The notes below the pieces were generated by a model. That model saw only the letters and a list, made by a program, of their open reading frames with translations. It had not been told where the DNA came from and searched no databases. The position numbers were made by a program, and so were the translations under genes. A stretch of 32,000 nt of DNA from the NCBI GenBank assembly GCA_963675915.1, contig OY780959.1, positions 810,001 to 842,000 of the forward strand, in the 5' to 3' direction. The stretch is from Coprobacillaceae bacterium. GTDB taxonomy: Bacteria > Bacillota_I > Bacilli_A > Erysipelotrichales > Coprobacillaceae. This document shows, piece by piece, positions 18,762 through 28,643 of the stretch (its first letter is position 1; each line of letters starts with the position of its first letter).

Positions 18762-19478
18762 TTATTCACCTCGATATATTATAGTACCAATTTTTTTTCC
18801 ATCACAGGCTTTGGCAATATTGCCTTCTTCCTGCATGTTAAAAACACAAATGTCAATGCTGTTGTCTTTACAAAGAGTGATTGCAGTCTGATCCATGATT
18901 TGCAATTCTTTGTTGATAACTTCATTGTAAGTGATTTCCTCATAGCGACGAGCTGTCGGATCAACTTTAGGATCAGCCGAATATACGCCGTCAACCCCGT
19001 TTTTGGCCATCAACAGCACATCAGCGTTGATTTCAGCTGCCCGAAGTGATGCAGTCGTATCAGTTGTGAAGAATGGTGAACCGGTTCCGGCTCCAAAAAT
19101 AACAACGCGCCCTTTTTCCAAGTGACGAACCGCACGACGACGGATGAAAGGTTCCGCAATCTGACGCATTTCGATTGCAGTTTGCATTCTGGTTTCAACT
19201 CCGATTTGTTCCAGAGCGTTTTGGACAGCCAGACCGTTCATCACGGTTGCCAGCATTCCCATGTAATCGGCAGTAGAACGTTCCATTCCCATGTCGGAAC
19301 CGACTTTACCACGCCAGATATTTCCCCCACCGCAGACAATGGCGATTTCAATCCCCAAATCTTTGGCATCTTTGATCTGTTTGGCGATGTTTTCAACAGT
19401 TTTGGCATCAATTCCAGTTCCGTTTTCACCAGCCAACGCTTCACCGCTTATTTTCAATAAAACTCGATTGTATTTCAT
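18762..19478 (-). CDS. pyrH: UMP kinase
   Basis: The ORF track gives 18762-19484 ([11 protein letters not shown]). The second ATG, at 19478, has better spacing from the [20 protein letters not shown] and [11 protein letters not shown] are PyrH motifs. Confidence 0.95.
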   Translation of the reverse strand: MKYNRVLLKISGEALAGENGTGIDAKTVENIAKQIKDAKDLGIEIAIVCGGGNIWRGKVGSDMGMERSTADYMGMLATVMNGLAVQNALEQIGVETRMQTAIEMRQIAEPFIRRRAVRHLEKGRVVIFGAGTGSPFFTTDTTASLRAAEINADVLLMAKNGVDGVYSADPKVDPTARRYEEITYNEVINKELQIMDQTAITLCKDNSIDICVFNMQEEGNIAKACDGKKIGTIIYRGE

Positions 19479-19487
19479 ATGCATTTC

Positions 19488-19518
19488 CTAAAAAAAGACA
19501 CAGTGTTAGTGTGTCTTT
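19488..19518 (-). terminator. Terminator/attenuator hairpin between tsf and pyrH
   Basis: The minus-strand RNA forms AAAGACACA-CTAACAC-TGTGTCTTT (19518-19494) followed by a 7-T run. It overlaps the tsf stop codon and ends at the pyrH SD. Confidence 0.65.
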
Positions 19519-20405
19519 TATCCTTTCAGCTGAGCAGCTACTTCTTCAGCAAAGTTCTCAACTTTCTTTTCGATACCTTCTCCAACTTCGAAACGGCTCA
19601 TTTCAACGACTTTACCACCGTTTAAGTATTGAGCAACAGTTTGGTCTGGGTTTTTGATGAATTCTTGATCAACTAAACAGATAGCTTTCAAGTTTTTGTT
19701 CAAACGACCTTCAACCATTTTTTCGATGATGTTTTCAGGTTTAGGTTTTGCAGCACTAGCGTTTTCTTCTTGAGCTTGAGCTAATAATACAGTTTTTTCG
19801 TGTTCCAATACTTCAGCAGGGATAGCAGTGCTGTCGATGTATTGTGGATTTGATGCAGCAACGTGCATAGCAACATCACGAGCAACTTCGTCATTAGCAC
19901 CAGTTACTTTTACTAAAGCAGTCATTTTACCACCCATGTGAGAGTAAGCTCCGAATGCTTCTTCAGCAGCTTTTTCCATAACAGTGAATCTACGGAAAGA
20001 TAATTTTTCCCCGATTCTTCCTGAAGCTTCAGCGATGAATGTAGCAAGGTCTTTTCCTTCTACGTCGATAGCCAATGCTCCTTCAAGGTCAGCTGGTTTG
20101 TTTGCAGCAACGATTTCTGCGATTTTTTTAACTAAGTTGATGAATTCATCATTTTTAGCAACGAAGTCAGTTTCTGAGTTTACTTCAACCATAGCAGCAA
20201 CGTTTCCGTCTACTACGAATGCAGTCAATCCTTCAGCAGCGATACGGTCAGCTTTTTTAGCAGCTTTCGCGATCCCTTTTTCTCTTAACCAGTCAAATGA
20301 TGCTTCGATGTCACCATCACAAGCTTCTAAAGCTTTTTTGCAGTCCATCATCCCTGCACCAGTTTTTTGACGTAATTCTTTTACTAATTTTGCACTAATT
20401 GCCAT
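19518..20405 (-). CDS. tsf: Elongation factor Ts
   Basis: ORF track, 295 aa. The N-terminal UBA-like MAISAKLVKELRQKTGAGMMDCKKAL is a classic EF-Ts sequence. Confidence 0.97.
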   Translation of the reverse strand: MAISAKLVKELRQKTGAGMMDCKKALEACDGDIEASFDWLREKGIAKAAKKADRIAAEGLTAFVVDGNVAAMVEVNSETDFVAKNDEFINLVKKIAEIVAANKPADLEGALAIDVEGKDLATFIAEASGRIGEKLSFRRFTVMEKAAEEAFGAYSHMGGKMTALVKVTGANDEVARDVAMHVAASNPQYIDSTAIPAEVLEHEKTVLLAQAQEENASAAKPKPENIIEKMVEGRLNKNLKAICLVDQEFIKNPDQTVAQYLNGGKVVEMSRFEVGEGIEKKVENFAEEVAAQLKG

Positions 20406-20425
20406 TATTATATTCTCCTATCCTT

Positions 20426-20458
20426 TTATAAAAAAGAGAAAGTTTAGTCTTTCTCTTT
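20426..20458 (-). terminator. AU-rich terminator-like hairpin between rpsB and tsf (probable attenuator)
   Basis: The minus-strand RNA forms AAAGAGAAAG-ACTAAA-CTTTCTCTTT (20458-20433) followed by TTTAT. The stem is 10 bp with few G-C pairs. Confidence 0.4.
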
Positions 20459-20502
20459 GAAAACATTTATTCCTACAACAAATATGAACTAGTCAGACTG
20501 AA

Positions 20503-21351
20503 CTAATTGCTTTTAGGTCTATTATTGTTGTTTCTACGGTAATTTCCGCCACCAGCTTTGTTTCTTGGTGTTCTTTTTGGACGTCTACGGCTATTTTCTA
20601 CTGATGAAACAGCATCATTCATTGTTACTTCTTTTTCATCATCTTCTTTAGCGTAAGCTACTGTAGTTGGTTCATTGTTTGCTTCACAAACAGCATCAGC
20701 CATAGCAGCAGTGATTAATCTTACTGCACGGATAGCGTCATCGTTTGCAGGGATTACGAAATCAACTTCATCAGGATCACAGTTTGTATCAACGATAGCG
20801 AATACAGGGATTCCTAAGATTTTTGCTTCTGCAACTGCGTTGTGTTCAGCTTTTGGATCTACCACGAACATAGCCGCTGGTAAACCTTTCATTTCTTTGA
20901 TACCACCTAAGTTCTTTTCTAACTTAGCAGCTTCTTTACGTAATAAGATTACTTCTTTTTTAGGAAGAACTTCGAAAGTTCCGTCTTCTTCCATTTTTTC
21001 AAGTTCGATTAATCTTTTGATTCTTTTTTGGATAGTTTTGAAGTTTGTTAAAGTTCCACCTAACCAACGTGAATTTACGAAGAAAGAGTTTGAACGTACA
21101 GCTTCTTCAGCGATTGCTTCACGAGCTTGTTTTTTAGTACCAACGAATAAAACTTTTCCGCCTTTAGCAGCGATTTCGTTTAATGCTTTGTAAGCTTCGT
21201 CGATTTTTTTAGTTGATTTTTGTAAATCGATAATGTAGATCCCGTTACGAGATGTAAAGATGTATGGAGCCATTTTTGGGTTCCATCTTTTTGTTTGATG
21301 TCCGAAATGAACACCGACTTCTAATAATTTTTTCATTGAAATTACTGACAT
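20503..21351 (-). CDS. rpsB: 30S ribosomal protein S2 with a basic Arg/Asn-rich C-terminal extension
   Basis: The ORF track gives 20503-21441. The true start is most likely ATG 21351 ([25 protein letters not shown]), preceded by SD AAAGGAGG. Confidence 0.96.
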   Translation of the reverse strand: MSVISMKKLLEVGVHFGHQTKRWNPKMAPYIFTSRNGIYIIDLQKSTKKIDEAYKALNEIAAKGGKVLFVGTKKQAREAIAEEAVRSNSFFVNSRWLGGTLTNFKTIQKRIKRLIELEKMEEDGTFEVLPKKEVILLRKEAAKLEKNLGGIKEMKGLPAAMFVVDPKAEHNAVAEAKILGIPVFAIVDTNCDPDEVDFVIPANDDAIRAVRLITAAMADAVCEANNEPTTVAYAKEDDEKEVTMNDAVSSVENSRRRPKRTPRNKAGGGNYRRNNNNRPKSN

Positions 21352-21508
21352 GTAACTTCGTCCTCCTTTGTTTTTTCCTCCATTACTTCGAACGTATGTC
21401 ACCAAAAAGCAACCTTTCTGGCACTGGACAAACGAATCCATAATGTGTGTATTTTAAATACCGTAGATATGATAGCATGAATCAAAACAAGTTACAAGGA
21501 AAAGTTGA

Positions 21509-22429
21509 TTAATCTCCCTGTTTATTTCGGATATTGCTTTTAAGATAGATTTCTTTTAAATGTTCCTTGGATACGTGGGTATAAACCTGGGTGGTCGAGA
21601 GGTTTTCGTGGCCCAGCAGTTCCTGGACAAAGCGGATATCTGCCCCGCTATCAAGCAAGTGGGTCGCCAGGGAATGACGGAACATATGAGGATGGAGCCG
21701 TTTGGTCGAATCGAACTCCTTCCCGATTTTCAAAACAATCTTTTCCAAGCCCCGGGTGGTTAGTTGATTGCCCAGGCGGTTGACAAAGACATAGGAATGA
21801 TTGGTGTCACAGCTTACCAGCAGAGCCGGACGGACAAATCGCAGATATTCTTCGAGCAATCCCTGGATATGGTCATTAAGAGGTACAAACCTCTGCTTGT
21901 CCCCCTTCCCCACAACCGCCATCAGACCATTGGCAAAATCAAGGTCCTGGATTTCCAGGCCCACCAGCTCACTAGCCCGCAATCCACAGGCGTAAAGAAC
22001 TTCAAGCATCACCTGGTTGCGCTTTTCCAAATCGGTGGTTGTCTTGAGACTATCAAGAAGTCCGTCCATCTCCTCTTGATAGAGAAAATGAGGATTGCGC
22101 CGGGGTGTTTTGAGCGAATCAATCAAAGTGAACGGATTGTCACCAAGATAATCCTGTCTGGTCAGATAGTTGAAAAACGAACGTTGGACCGAGAGGCGGT
22201 GGTTGATGCTGGATTTTTTCAGTTTCTTATCACTAAGATAAACCAGATACCCCCGGACAAACTGATAGTCGACTTCATCGAGTTCTACAGTCTCTCTGGC
22301 GCAGTAATCGAGAAACTCCCTGGTTTCGCGATGATATGATTCGATTGTCTTTTGCGAATAACCCTTTTCGTGGGTCAGGTATTCCAGAAATTCATTCTGG
22401 TAATCATGCGAGTTCATGGTCTTTGACAA
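21509..22429 (-). CDS. xerC: Tyrosine site-specific recombinase XerC/CodV
   Basis: ORF track, 306 aa. The catalytic region is GLRASEL...[37 protein letters not shown]. The track start at 22429 is a TTG, and an ATG at 22417 is an alternative. Either start overlaps the end of trmFO. Confidence 0.92.
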   Translation of the reverse strand: MSKTMNSHDYQNEFLEYLTHEKGYSQKTIESYHRETREFLDYCARETVELDEVDYQFVRGYLVYLSDKKLKKSSINHRLSVQRSFFNYLTRQDYLGDNPFTLIDSLKTPRRNPHFLYQEEMDGLLDSLKTTTDLEKRNQVMLEVLYACGLRASELVGLEIQDLDFANGLMAVVGKGDKQRFVPLNDHIQGLLEEYLRFVRPALLVSCDTNHSYVFVNRLGNQLTTRGLEKIVLKIGKEFDSTKRLHPHMFRHSLATHLLDSGADIRFVQELLGHENLSTTQVYTHVSKEHLKEIYLKSNIRNKQGD

Positions 22430-23708
22430 ACTCGGCCATCACTTCAAGAGCCCGAGATGCATACGCTTCCTTGCGCAGCTTCTTTTTGACACGGACTTCA
22501 AGATCCTTGATGATGCCAAAATTGGCTTTCATTGGTTGGAAATCTTCGCTTGAAGCATTGGTGATGTAATGGGCAAGTGCTCCCATCACAGTTTCTTGTG
22601 GGAAGACAATCGCTTCTTTTTGGTTCAATTGGTTGTACATGTTCAAAGCAGCCGCCAGTCCGGACTGGGTTGATTCGACATAACCTTCGACTCCGGTGAT
22701 TTGTCCTGCCAGATACAGCTCGTTTTCACCTTTGAGACGGTATGTTTTTTCCAGATACTTGGGTGAACAGATATAACTGTTGCGGTGCATCACGCCATAG
22801 CGGACGAAAGTCGCATTTTCCAGTCCGGGAATCATCTGGATGATCCGTTTTTGTTCCGGCCAGGTCAGATGAGTCTGGAAACCGACGATATTGTAAAGGG
22901 TTGCCTGAGCATTGTCCTGACGGAGCTGAACAACTGCATGAGGACGGGTTCCATCGGGAGCCGTCAGTCCAACCGGTTTCATCGGACCAAATAACAATGT
23001 CTGTTCCCCGCGGCGGGCAATCTCTTCAAACGGCATGCACCCTTCAAAGAATTTTTCTTCGAATTCTTTGGGTTTGACCACTTGGGCATTGATCAGTTCA
23101 TGATAGAAAGCTTCAAACTGTTCCTTGTTCATCGGACAGTTGATATATTCTCCATCACCTTTGTCATAACGCGATTTGTAGTAGGCAATATCGAAATTGA
23201 TGCTGTCCTTGTTGACAATCGGGGCAGCCGCATCAAAGAAATAGAAATAGTCACTGCCGATTTTGGCGGCGATGGCTTCAGCCAGTTTCGATGAAGTCAA
23301 CGGTCCCGACGCGATGATGGTCGGTCCTTCAGGAATTTCGGTAACTTCCTCATGGATGACTTCAATATTTTCATGGTCATTGATAAGTTGGGTCAATTCT
23401 TTGGCGAACTCGTCACGATCGACTGCCAAAGCCCCTCCGGCTGGGACGGAATGCTTGCGGGCGGTTTTGATGATGATGGAATCAAGCATCTCCATTTCCC
23501 GTTTCAAAACTCCCACGGCATTGGAAAGGTTGTCACCGCGCAGCGAATTGGAGCAAACCAGTTCTCCGAAATAATCAGTTGAATGGGCCGGGGTTGATTT
23601 TACCGGACGCATTTCATAAAGTCTAACCTTGATACCTCTTTTGGCAAGCTGGTAGCTGGCTTCGACACCGGCAAGACCGGCTCCAATCACATTTACATAT
23701 TTTTCCAT
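22404..23708 (-). CDS. trmFO: Methylenetetrahydrofolate--tRNA-(uracil54-C5)-methyltransferase TrmFO (Gid)
   Basis: The ORF track gives 22404-23732. I prefer ATG 23708 ([22 protein letters not shown]), preceded by SD GGAGAAAG. An FAD-binding GxGxxG motif and TrmFO-like sequence run throughout. Confidence 0.95.
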   Translation of the reverse strand: MEKYVNVIGAGLAGVEASYQLAKRGIKVRLYEMRPVKSTPAHSTDYFGELVCSNSLRGDNLSNAVGVLKREMEMLDSIIIKTARKHSVPAGGALAVDRDEFAKELTQLINDHENIEVIHEEVTEIPEGPTIIASGPLTSSKLAEAIAAKIGSDYFYFFDAAAPIVNKDSINFDIAYYKSRYDKGDGEYINCPMNKEQFEAFYHELINAQVVKPKEFEEKFFEGCMPFEEIARRGEQTLLFGPMKPVGLTAPDGTRPHAVVQLRQDNAQATLYNIVGFQTHLTWPEQKRIIQMIPGLENATFVRYGVMHRNSYICSPKYLEKTYRLKGENELYLAGQITGVEGYVESTQSGLAAALNMYNQLNQKEAIVFPQETVMGALAHYITNASSEDFQPMKANFGIIKDLEVRVKKKLRKEAYASRALEVMAEFVKDHELA

Positions 23709-23720
23709 TTTCTTTCTCCT

Positions 23721-23756
23721 ATAAAAAAACAATCATAATTACTTTATGATTGTTTT
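23721..23756 (-). terminator. AU-rich terminator-like hairpin overlapping the topA stop codon
   Basis: The minus-strand RNA has a 12-13 bp stem AAACAATCATAA / TTATGATTGTTT (23755-23744 / 23738-23727) with a 5-nt loop. It merges into a 7-T run and is followed directly by the trmFO SD. Confidence 0.4.
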
Positions 23757-25817
23757 GCATTCCGGATAATTTGAGCAAGCTTTGAATTCGCCAAATCGTC
23801 CCTGTTTGATCACAATCGGAGCACCACAGTTAGGACACTTCTCATCTGTCATCACCGGTTCTTGTTTTACCCGGGCTTTCTTTTTGATATATTTGCAGTC
23901 CGGATAGTTCGAACAAGCTTCAAACTTGCCAAATCTTCCAGTCTTGAAAATCATTTTCGATCCGCATTGCGGACACTCTTCACCGGTCTCTTCAACTTCA
24001 ACCGGTTCTTTTTTGATGTATTTGCATTCCGGATAGTTTTCACAAGCCACGAATTTTCCATAACGGCCATTCCGTTCAACCAAGTCATGACCGCATTGCG
24101 GACATTTTTCTCCGGTTTTCTTTGGCGGGATGACTTCCATTTTCTCATAGGCATTGTCAACCAGCGGTTGGAAACGATCCAGGAAAATCCGCAGGGTTTT
24201 TTCGTACTCGTTTTCACCTTCGGCGATTTCATCAAGTTCATGTTCCATTGACGCGGTATATTCGACATTGATGATGTCATTGAAATATTCGGTCAATTTA
24301 TCATTGGTCAGCAATCCGCTTTCAGTCGGGAAGAACGCTTTGTTTTCAACCTTGACATAACCGCGGGCCTGAATGGTATCGATAATCGTCGCATAAGTAC
24401 TTGGACGACCGATTCCCAACTCCTCAAGCGTCTTGATCAGACGAGGTTCCGAGAAACGTGCCGGCGGTTTAGTGAAGTGTTGGGTCTTTTCAATTGACTG
24501 ACTGTCAATTGTCTGACTTTCTTCAAGTTCGGGCAGAATTTCATCATTTTGGTTTTCATATGGTCCGTACAGTTTCAAATAACCGTCGAATTTCAAAACT
24601 GATCCGGAACTGTTGAACTCGTAACCATTATTGTTGAGAATGATTCTAGTCGCATCGAATTTGGCCGGTGCCATCAATGATGCCAGAGCCCGAGCGTAGA
24701 TCAATGAATATAATTTGTATTCATCTACGCTTAGATGCGATTTGACTGATTCAGGAGTCCGCAGCACTGAAGTCGGACGGATCCCCTCATGGGCATCCTG
24801 GACATTTTCAGTCTTTTTGGACTTTTTGACTGTTCCCACATAGTCTTTGCCATAAGTGTCTTCAATGAAGTCGTTGGCACTCTCGATAAAGCTGTCGGAA
24901 AGTCTGATCGAATCTGTTCTCATGTAGGTGATCAAACCGACAGTCTCATCGTCAAGGGTGATCCCTTCATACAGTTTTTGAGCTACCGACATCGTTCTTC
25001 TAGCCTTCATGTTCAGCTTGCTGGAAGCTTCCTGTTGCAAAGTGGAAGTGATGAAAGGCGGTTTCGATTTTTTCGAACGGCGTGATTTCTTGACTTGAGC
25101 CACTTCGAACTTCTTGTCAATTGCATTATATACTTCCAACGCCTGTTCTTCGTTGGTTATCTTCAACTTCTTGTCCTGGTATCTGTTCAATTCCCCTTGA
25201 AATTCGATATCCTGTTCATTGAAGGTCGCGATAACACGCCAGTACTCTTCAGGAACGAACGCTTCGATTTCGCGTTCCCGCTCACAAATCAGGCGCAAAG
25301 CAACCGACTGTACCCGTCCGGCTGATTTCGATCTGATTTTACGCTGAAGCAGTTTTGACAGCTTGAAACCAATGATCCGATCAAGCACCCTTCTGGTTTC
25401 CTGAGAATGGACCAGATCCATATCGATCTTACGGGGATTGTTCAGCGCTTTGACTACCGCATCTTTGGTAACCTCGTTGAAAACAACCCGATTTTGTTCT
25501 TCGACATCGATTCCCAAGACCTGAGCCAGGTGATATGAAATCGCCTCCCCCTCACGGTCGGGATCGGTTGCGAGATAGACATAATCCGTATCTTTGACAA
25601 CTTTCTTCAATTCTTTTACTGTGTCTTTTTTCCCTCGAGAAACAACATATTTAGGTTCGAAATGATTTTCGACATCCACACCAAGACCTTCTTTGCCAGA
25701 AGTGGCCAGGTCGCGGATATGACCTTTGGATGATGTTACTATATAATCAGAACCTAAATAATGTTCGATTGTTTTAGATTTCGATGGAGATTCGACTATA
25801 ACTAGTTTTTTACCCAT
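23739..25817 (-). CDS. topA: DNA topoisomerase I with three C-terminal C4 zinc ribbons
   Basis: ORF track, 692 aa. It has a TOPRIM start (KLVIVESPSKSKTI), an active-site region (YMRTDS), and three CPxCG...C..YPxCKY repeats. Confidence 0.97.
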   Translation of the reverse strand: MGKKLVIVESPSKSKTIEHYLGSDYIVTSSKGHIRDLATSGKEGLGVDVENHFEPKYVVSRGKKDTVKELKKVVKDTDYVYLATDPDREGEAISYHLAQVLGIDVEEQNRVVFNEVTKDAVVKALNNPRKIDMDLVHSQETRRVLDRIIGFKLSKLLQRKIRSKSAGRVQSVALRLICEREREIEAFVPEEYWRVIATFNEQDIEFQGELNRYQDKKLKITNEEQALEVYNAIDKKFEVAQVKKSRRSKKSKPPFITSTLQQEASSKLNMKARRTMSVAQKLYEGITLDDETVGLITYMRTDSIRLSDSFIESANDFIEDTYGKDYVGTVKKSKKTENVQDAHEGIRPTSVLRTPESVKSHLSVDEYKLYSLIYARALASLMAPAKFDATRIILNNNGYEFNSSGSVLKFDGYLKLYGPYENQNDEILPELEESQTIDSQSIEKTQHFTKPPARFSEPRLIKTLEELGIGRPSTYATIIDTIQARGYVKVENKAFFPTESGLLTNDKLTEYFNDIINVEYTASMEHELDEIAEGENEYEKTLRIFLDRFQPLVDNAYEKMEVIPPKKTGEKCPQCGHDLVERNGRYGKFVACENYPECKYIKKEPVEVEETGEECPQCGSKMIFKTGRFGKFEACSNYPDCKYIKKKARVKQEPVMTDEKCPNCGAPIVIKQGRFGEFKACSNYPECKTIIK

Positions 25818-25838
25818 TTACTTACCTCCGTACTATTT

Positions 25839-25866
25839 ATAATAGCAAGAGTTCTCAGTTTGTCAA
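25839..25866 (-). promoter_or_regulatory. Predicted promoter of topA
   Basis: On the minus strand: perfect -35 TTGACA (25866-25861), 16-nt spacer, -10 TATTAT (25844-25839). It lies about 15 nt upstream of the SD GGAGG. Confidence 0.5.
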
Positions 25867-25880
25867 ATAAAAAAATTCAT

Positions 25881-26630
25881 TCACCCGACTAGATCCCGGA
25901 CTTCTACCACCAGTCCGGCCCCCTGCTGGATCAGGCGATTGGTGCCTGAATTGTCATTGAAACGGCCCGGAATCGCATAGATATCCTTGCCCTGGTCAAG
26001 ACCGTAACCTACGGTTATCATCGTGCCGGAACGGACTTTGGCCTCGACTACCAGAATCTTGTCAGCCAGCCCGGCGATAATCCGGTTGCGCTTGGGAAAA
26101 TTTATTGCCAGGGGCTTGGTCAGATCAGGATATTCGGAGATGACCAGTTGAGACTCTTTTAAATTTTGATACAGTTGTCCATTACTTTTTGGATAAGGAC
26201 AGTTGATTCCCGAGCCCAGTACCGCAATGGTACGGCCCTGTGATTTGATTGTCTGGCTGTGGGCAATGGTATCAATCCCCCGGGCCATCCCGGAAACGAT
26301 TGTCCAGCCTTCTTCGACCAGCTTGGCGGTAAAATGAGAAGCCGCCAGAGCGCCATATCCGCTAGGCTGACGCATCCCAATCACGGCGACAGTATTTCTA
26401 TCCAATAAACCCAAATCACCGTGATAGAACAATACAAAGGGCGGACAATCGATATTTTTAAGTTTTTGGGGATAATTCTCATCAATAATGGTAACAAAGT
26501 TTGATTTGACCTTGGAAATCAATTCTTTTTTGGTTTCCGGCTCGACTTTTTCATGATGTTCGAGTGCCCGGTAGATTTTTTTGAAGTCGCCTTCATATTT
26601 CAAGGCGAAGTAAAGTAAAATTTCGCGCAT
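25881..26630 (-). CDS. dprA: DNA processing protein DprA/Smf (compact form)
   Basis: The ORF track gives 25881-26636. The ATG at 26630 is better spaced from the SD GGAGG. The Rossmann-like core includes VAVIGMRQPSGYG, SGMARGIDTIAH, AVLGSGI and FPKRNRIIAGL. Confidence 0.9.
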   Translation of the reverse strand: MREILLYFALKYEGDFKKIYRALEHHEKVEPETKKELISKVKSNFVTIIDENYPQKLKNIDCPPFVLFYHGDLGLLDRNTVAVIGMRQPSGYGALAASHFTAKLVEEGWTIVSGMARGIDTIAHSQTIKSQGRTIAVLGSGINCPYPKSNGQLYQNLKESQLVISEYPDLTKPLAINFPKRNRIIAGLADKILVVEAKVRSGTMITVGYGLDQGKDIYAIPGRFNDNSGTNRLIQQGAGLVVEVRDLVG

Positions 26631-26669
26631 ATCCATAACCTCCTATTATCGATATACGCGAAACCATTG

Positions 26670-27284
26670 TTATTTACTTTTATTATCAAGTTCCAGTTGT
26701 TCAATCACCGGTTTGAAGCTGCGGCGATGAATCGCACAGACCCCATGACTGTGCAGCGCTTCCTTATGGGCTTTGGTGACATACCCTTTATGTTTTTCAA
26801 ATCCGTATTCGGGATAGGTTTTGCCATGCGCTGCCATCAGCCGGTCCCTAGTCACTTTCGCTAGAATACTGGCCGCGGCGATTGAAATCGATTTGCTGTC
26901 GCCTTTGATGATGGCTTCATGCTCACAGCCGTCAAGTGGCATTGCATCCGAAAGGACGAACGTGTTGGAACGGGCAATGGTCGCTACGCATTTTTCCATG
27001 CCCAGTTTGCTGGCCTGATAAACATTGAGTTTGTCGACATCGGCCACGCTGATCACTTCGATATGATAAGCCAGGGCTTTTTCAATGATTTCATCGAAAA
27101 GCAGATTTCTTCTCCGTTCAGTCAGTTTTTTGGAGTCATTGATCATCTCATTTTGATAATCATTGGGCAGCATCACCCCTGCCACTACCAGCTCGCCGGC
27201 CATCGGACCGCGTCCGGCCTCGTCAAGACCGATGATGTAGTCATAGTTTGCTTCAAGATATTTACATTCGTATTCGCGCATCAT
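26670..27284 (-). CDS. rnhB: Ribonuclease HII
   Basis: ORF track, 204 aa. GLDEAGRGPMAG, DSKKL and HRRSF are RNase HII motifs. There is a 4-nt ATGA overlap with rbgA. Confidence 0.94.
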   Translation of the reverse strand: MMREYECKYLEANYDYIIGLDEAGRGPMAGELVVAGVMLPNDYQNEMINDSKKLTERRRNLLFDEIIEKALAYHIEVISVADVDKLNVYQASKLGMEKCVATIARSNTFVLSDAMPLDGCEHEAIIKGDSKSISIAAASILAKVTRDRLMAAHGKTYPEYGFEKHKGYVTKAHKEALHSHGVCAIHRRSFKPVIEQLELDNKSK

Positions 27285-28126
27285 TCGAAACTTAGCCTCC
27301 CGATTGATCCGTCATTAATCTCACTGAAAACCAGTTCCATCACCCGGTCGTAATCGACATCACCTTTGAACGGCTTGATTTTCCGGACACTGGCAATATC
27401 CTTGCAGGCTTTTTCAATCCATTCGCTCTCAAGATCGATAGTCAGATTGTATCGCTCCTTGAGGATTTCCGGATAGTTGGTCGCCAGATACTCCATCAGA
27501 TAGATAAACAGGTCGTCAAGTGGCAGAATCTGCTGCTTGATCGAACCGATGATGGCAATGTTTCGTGCAGTGGTCTCATCATCGAAACGGGGCCACAGCA
27601 CTCCTGGTGTATCAAAAAGTTCGAAGTCCTTGTCAACTTTGATCAGCTGCTGGGCTTTGGTTACCCCCGGACGGTTTCCGGTAATCGTCGCCTTGCGTTT
27701 TGCTATTTTGTTGATAAAAGTCGATTTCCCGACATTCGGGATTCCAATTACCATCGCCCGCATCGGACGGGGACGCAAGCCACGCTGGGCTTCCTTGGCC
27801 ATTTTATCCTTGAGGATGTCCTTGGAAAGGTTGATGATTTTCTTGTACTCATTGAAATTTTTCAGGTTGACCGTGATGACATGGTAACCTTGTTCACGAT
27901 AATAGTTTTCATAATACCGGACTCTTTTTTCATCGGCCATGTCCTTTTTGGTCATTACAATCAAGCGGGGCTTGTTGCTGATCAGTTTGTCGAACATCGG
28001 GTTTTTCGAAGAAACCGGCGCGCGGGCGTCGACAAGTTCGATTACGATGTCAATGATTTTGAGTTTCTCGCTGATTTCCCGTTTGGCTTTGGCCATATGG
28101 CCGGGATACCATTGAATATTCGCCAT
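27281..28126 (-). CDS. rbgA: Ribosome biogenesis GTPase A (YlqF/RbgA), circularly permuted GTPase
   Basis: The ORF track gives 27281-28168. I prefer ATG 28126 (MANIQWYPGHMAKAKRE), preceded by SD AAGGAGG. Motifs NKxD-like (TKKD), GIPNVGKST and DTPG appear in permuted order. Confidence 0.94.
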   Translation of the reverse strand: MANIQWYPGHMAKAKREISEKLKIIDIVIELVDARAPVSSKNPMFDKLISNKPRLIVMTKKDMADEKRVRYYENYYREQGYHVITVNLKNFNEYKKIINLSKDILKDKMAKEAQRGLRPRPMRAMVIGIPNVGKSTFINKIAKRKATITGNRPGVTKAQQLIKVDKDFELFDTPGVLWPRFDDETTARNIAIIGSIKQQILPLDDLFIYLMEYLATNYPEILKERYNLTIDLESEWIEKACKDIASVRKIKPFKGDVDYDRVMELVFSEINDGSIGRLSFE

Positions 28127-28144
28127 AATCCTACCTCCTTTGAT

Positions 28145-28173
28145 AATGAAAAAGGAATGGTTCCCCATTCCTT
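28145..28173 (-). terminator. Terminator hairpin after rplS
   Basis: The minus-strand RNA forms AAGGAATGG-GGAA-CCATTCCTT (28173-28152) followed by TTTCATTATC. The rbgA SD follows within about 10 nt. Confidence 0.55.
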
Positions 28174-28180
28174 GTTGAAA

Positions 28181-28531
28181 TTATCTTCTAACTTCTTTAA
28201 TTCTAGCAGCTTTACCAGAAAGACCACGTAAGTAGTTCAATTTAGCACGACGTACTTTACCAACTTTAGTTACTTCGATTTTGTCAATCAATGGTGAATG
28301 AACTGGGAAAGTTCTTTCAACACCTACACCGTAAGAAATTTTTCTAACTGTATAAGTTTCAGAAATTCCTTTACCTTGACGTGCAATACATACACCTTCG
28401 AATAACTGGATACGTTGTTTGTTTCCTTCACGGATTTTAACGTAAACTTTTAAGCTATCCCCAGCTTTGAATTGAGGGATATCATTTTTTAATTGTTTTT
28501 TTGTGATTTCATCAATAATTTGTAAATTCAT
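28181..28531 (-). CDS. rplS: 50S ribosomal protein L19
   Basis: ORF track, 116 aa. [33 protein letters not shown] is L19-like. Confidence 0.97.
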   Translation of the reverse strand: MNLQIIDEITKKQLKNDIPQFKAGDSLKVYVKIREGNKQRIQLFEGVCIARQGKGISETYTVRKISYGVGVERTFPVHSPLIDKIEVTKVGKVRRAKLNYLRGLSGKAARIKEVRR

Positions 28532-28614
28532 TTTGTTTCTCCTCGTAACATATTTTGTCTTGGTAGTTCATTCGATTAACCAGCGGAACTATTGCAGTCT
28601 CAAAAGACTTGAAC
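28532..28614 (-). promoter_or_regulatory. rplS 5' leader, a candidate ribosomal-protein (L19) autoregulatory leader
   Basis: There is a 118-nt non-coding gap between trmD and rplS, with an internal promoter-like site. It holds a small hairpin AGTCT-TTTG-AGACT (28609-28596) nested between GTTCA and TGAAC arms. An L19 leader RNA family is described for low-GC Gram-positives, but I cannot verify a match by eye. Confidence 0.3.
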
Positions 28615-28643
28615 ATTATTACATAAATAACGTCATAAATCAA
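28615..28643 (-). promoter_or_regulatory. Possible internal promoter for rplS
   Basis: On the minus strand: -35 TTGATT (28643-28638), 17-nt spacer, extended -10 TGTAATAAT (28623-28615). Confidence 0.4.

Noticed and set aside
18289-18891. A 200-aa plus-strand ORF across the frr/pyrH junction. Similar antisense ORFs occur at 15926-16456, 20675-21193, 19984-20370 and 21764-22339.
   Set aside because: Each is antisense to a highly conserved housekeeping gene (frr/pyrH, rseP, rpsB, tsf, xerC). None has a ribosome-binding site or recognisable sequence.
21352-21441. N-terminal extensions suggested by the ORF track: rpsB from 21441, rsuA from 5313, rbgA from 28168, trmFO from 23732, and the TTG/GTG starts for rimM, trmD and uppS
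   Set aside because: In each case a downstream ATG with a well-spaced GGAGG-type SD gives an N-terminus matching the conserved family start. Several of the extensions would also have to be translated through terminator hairpins or promoters.
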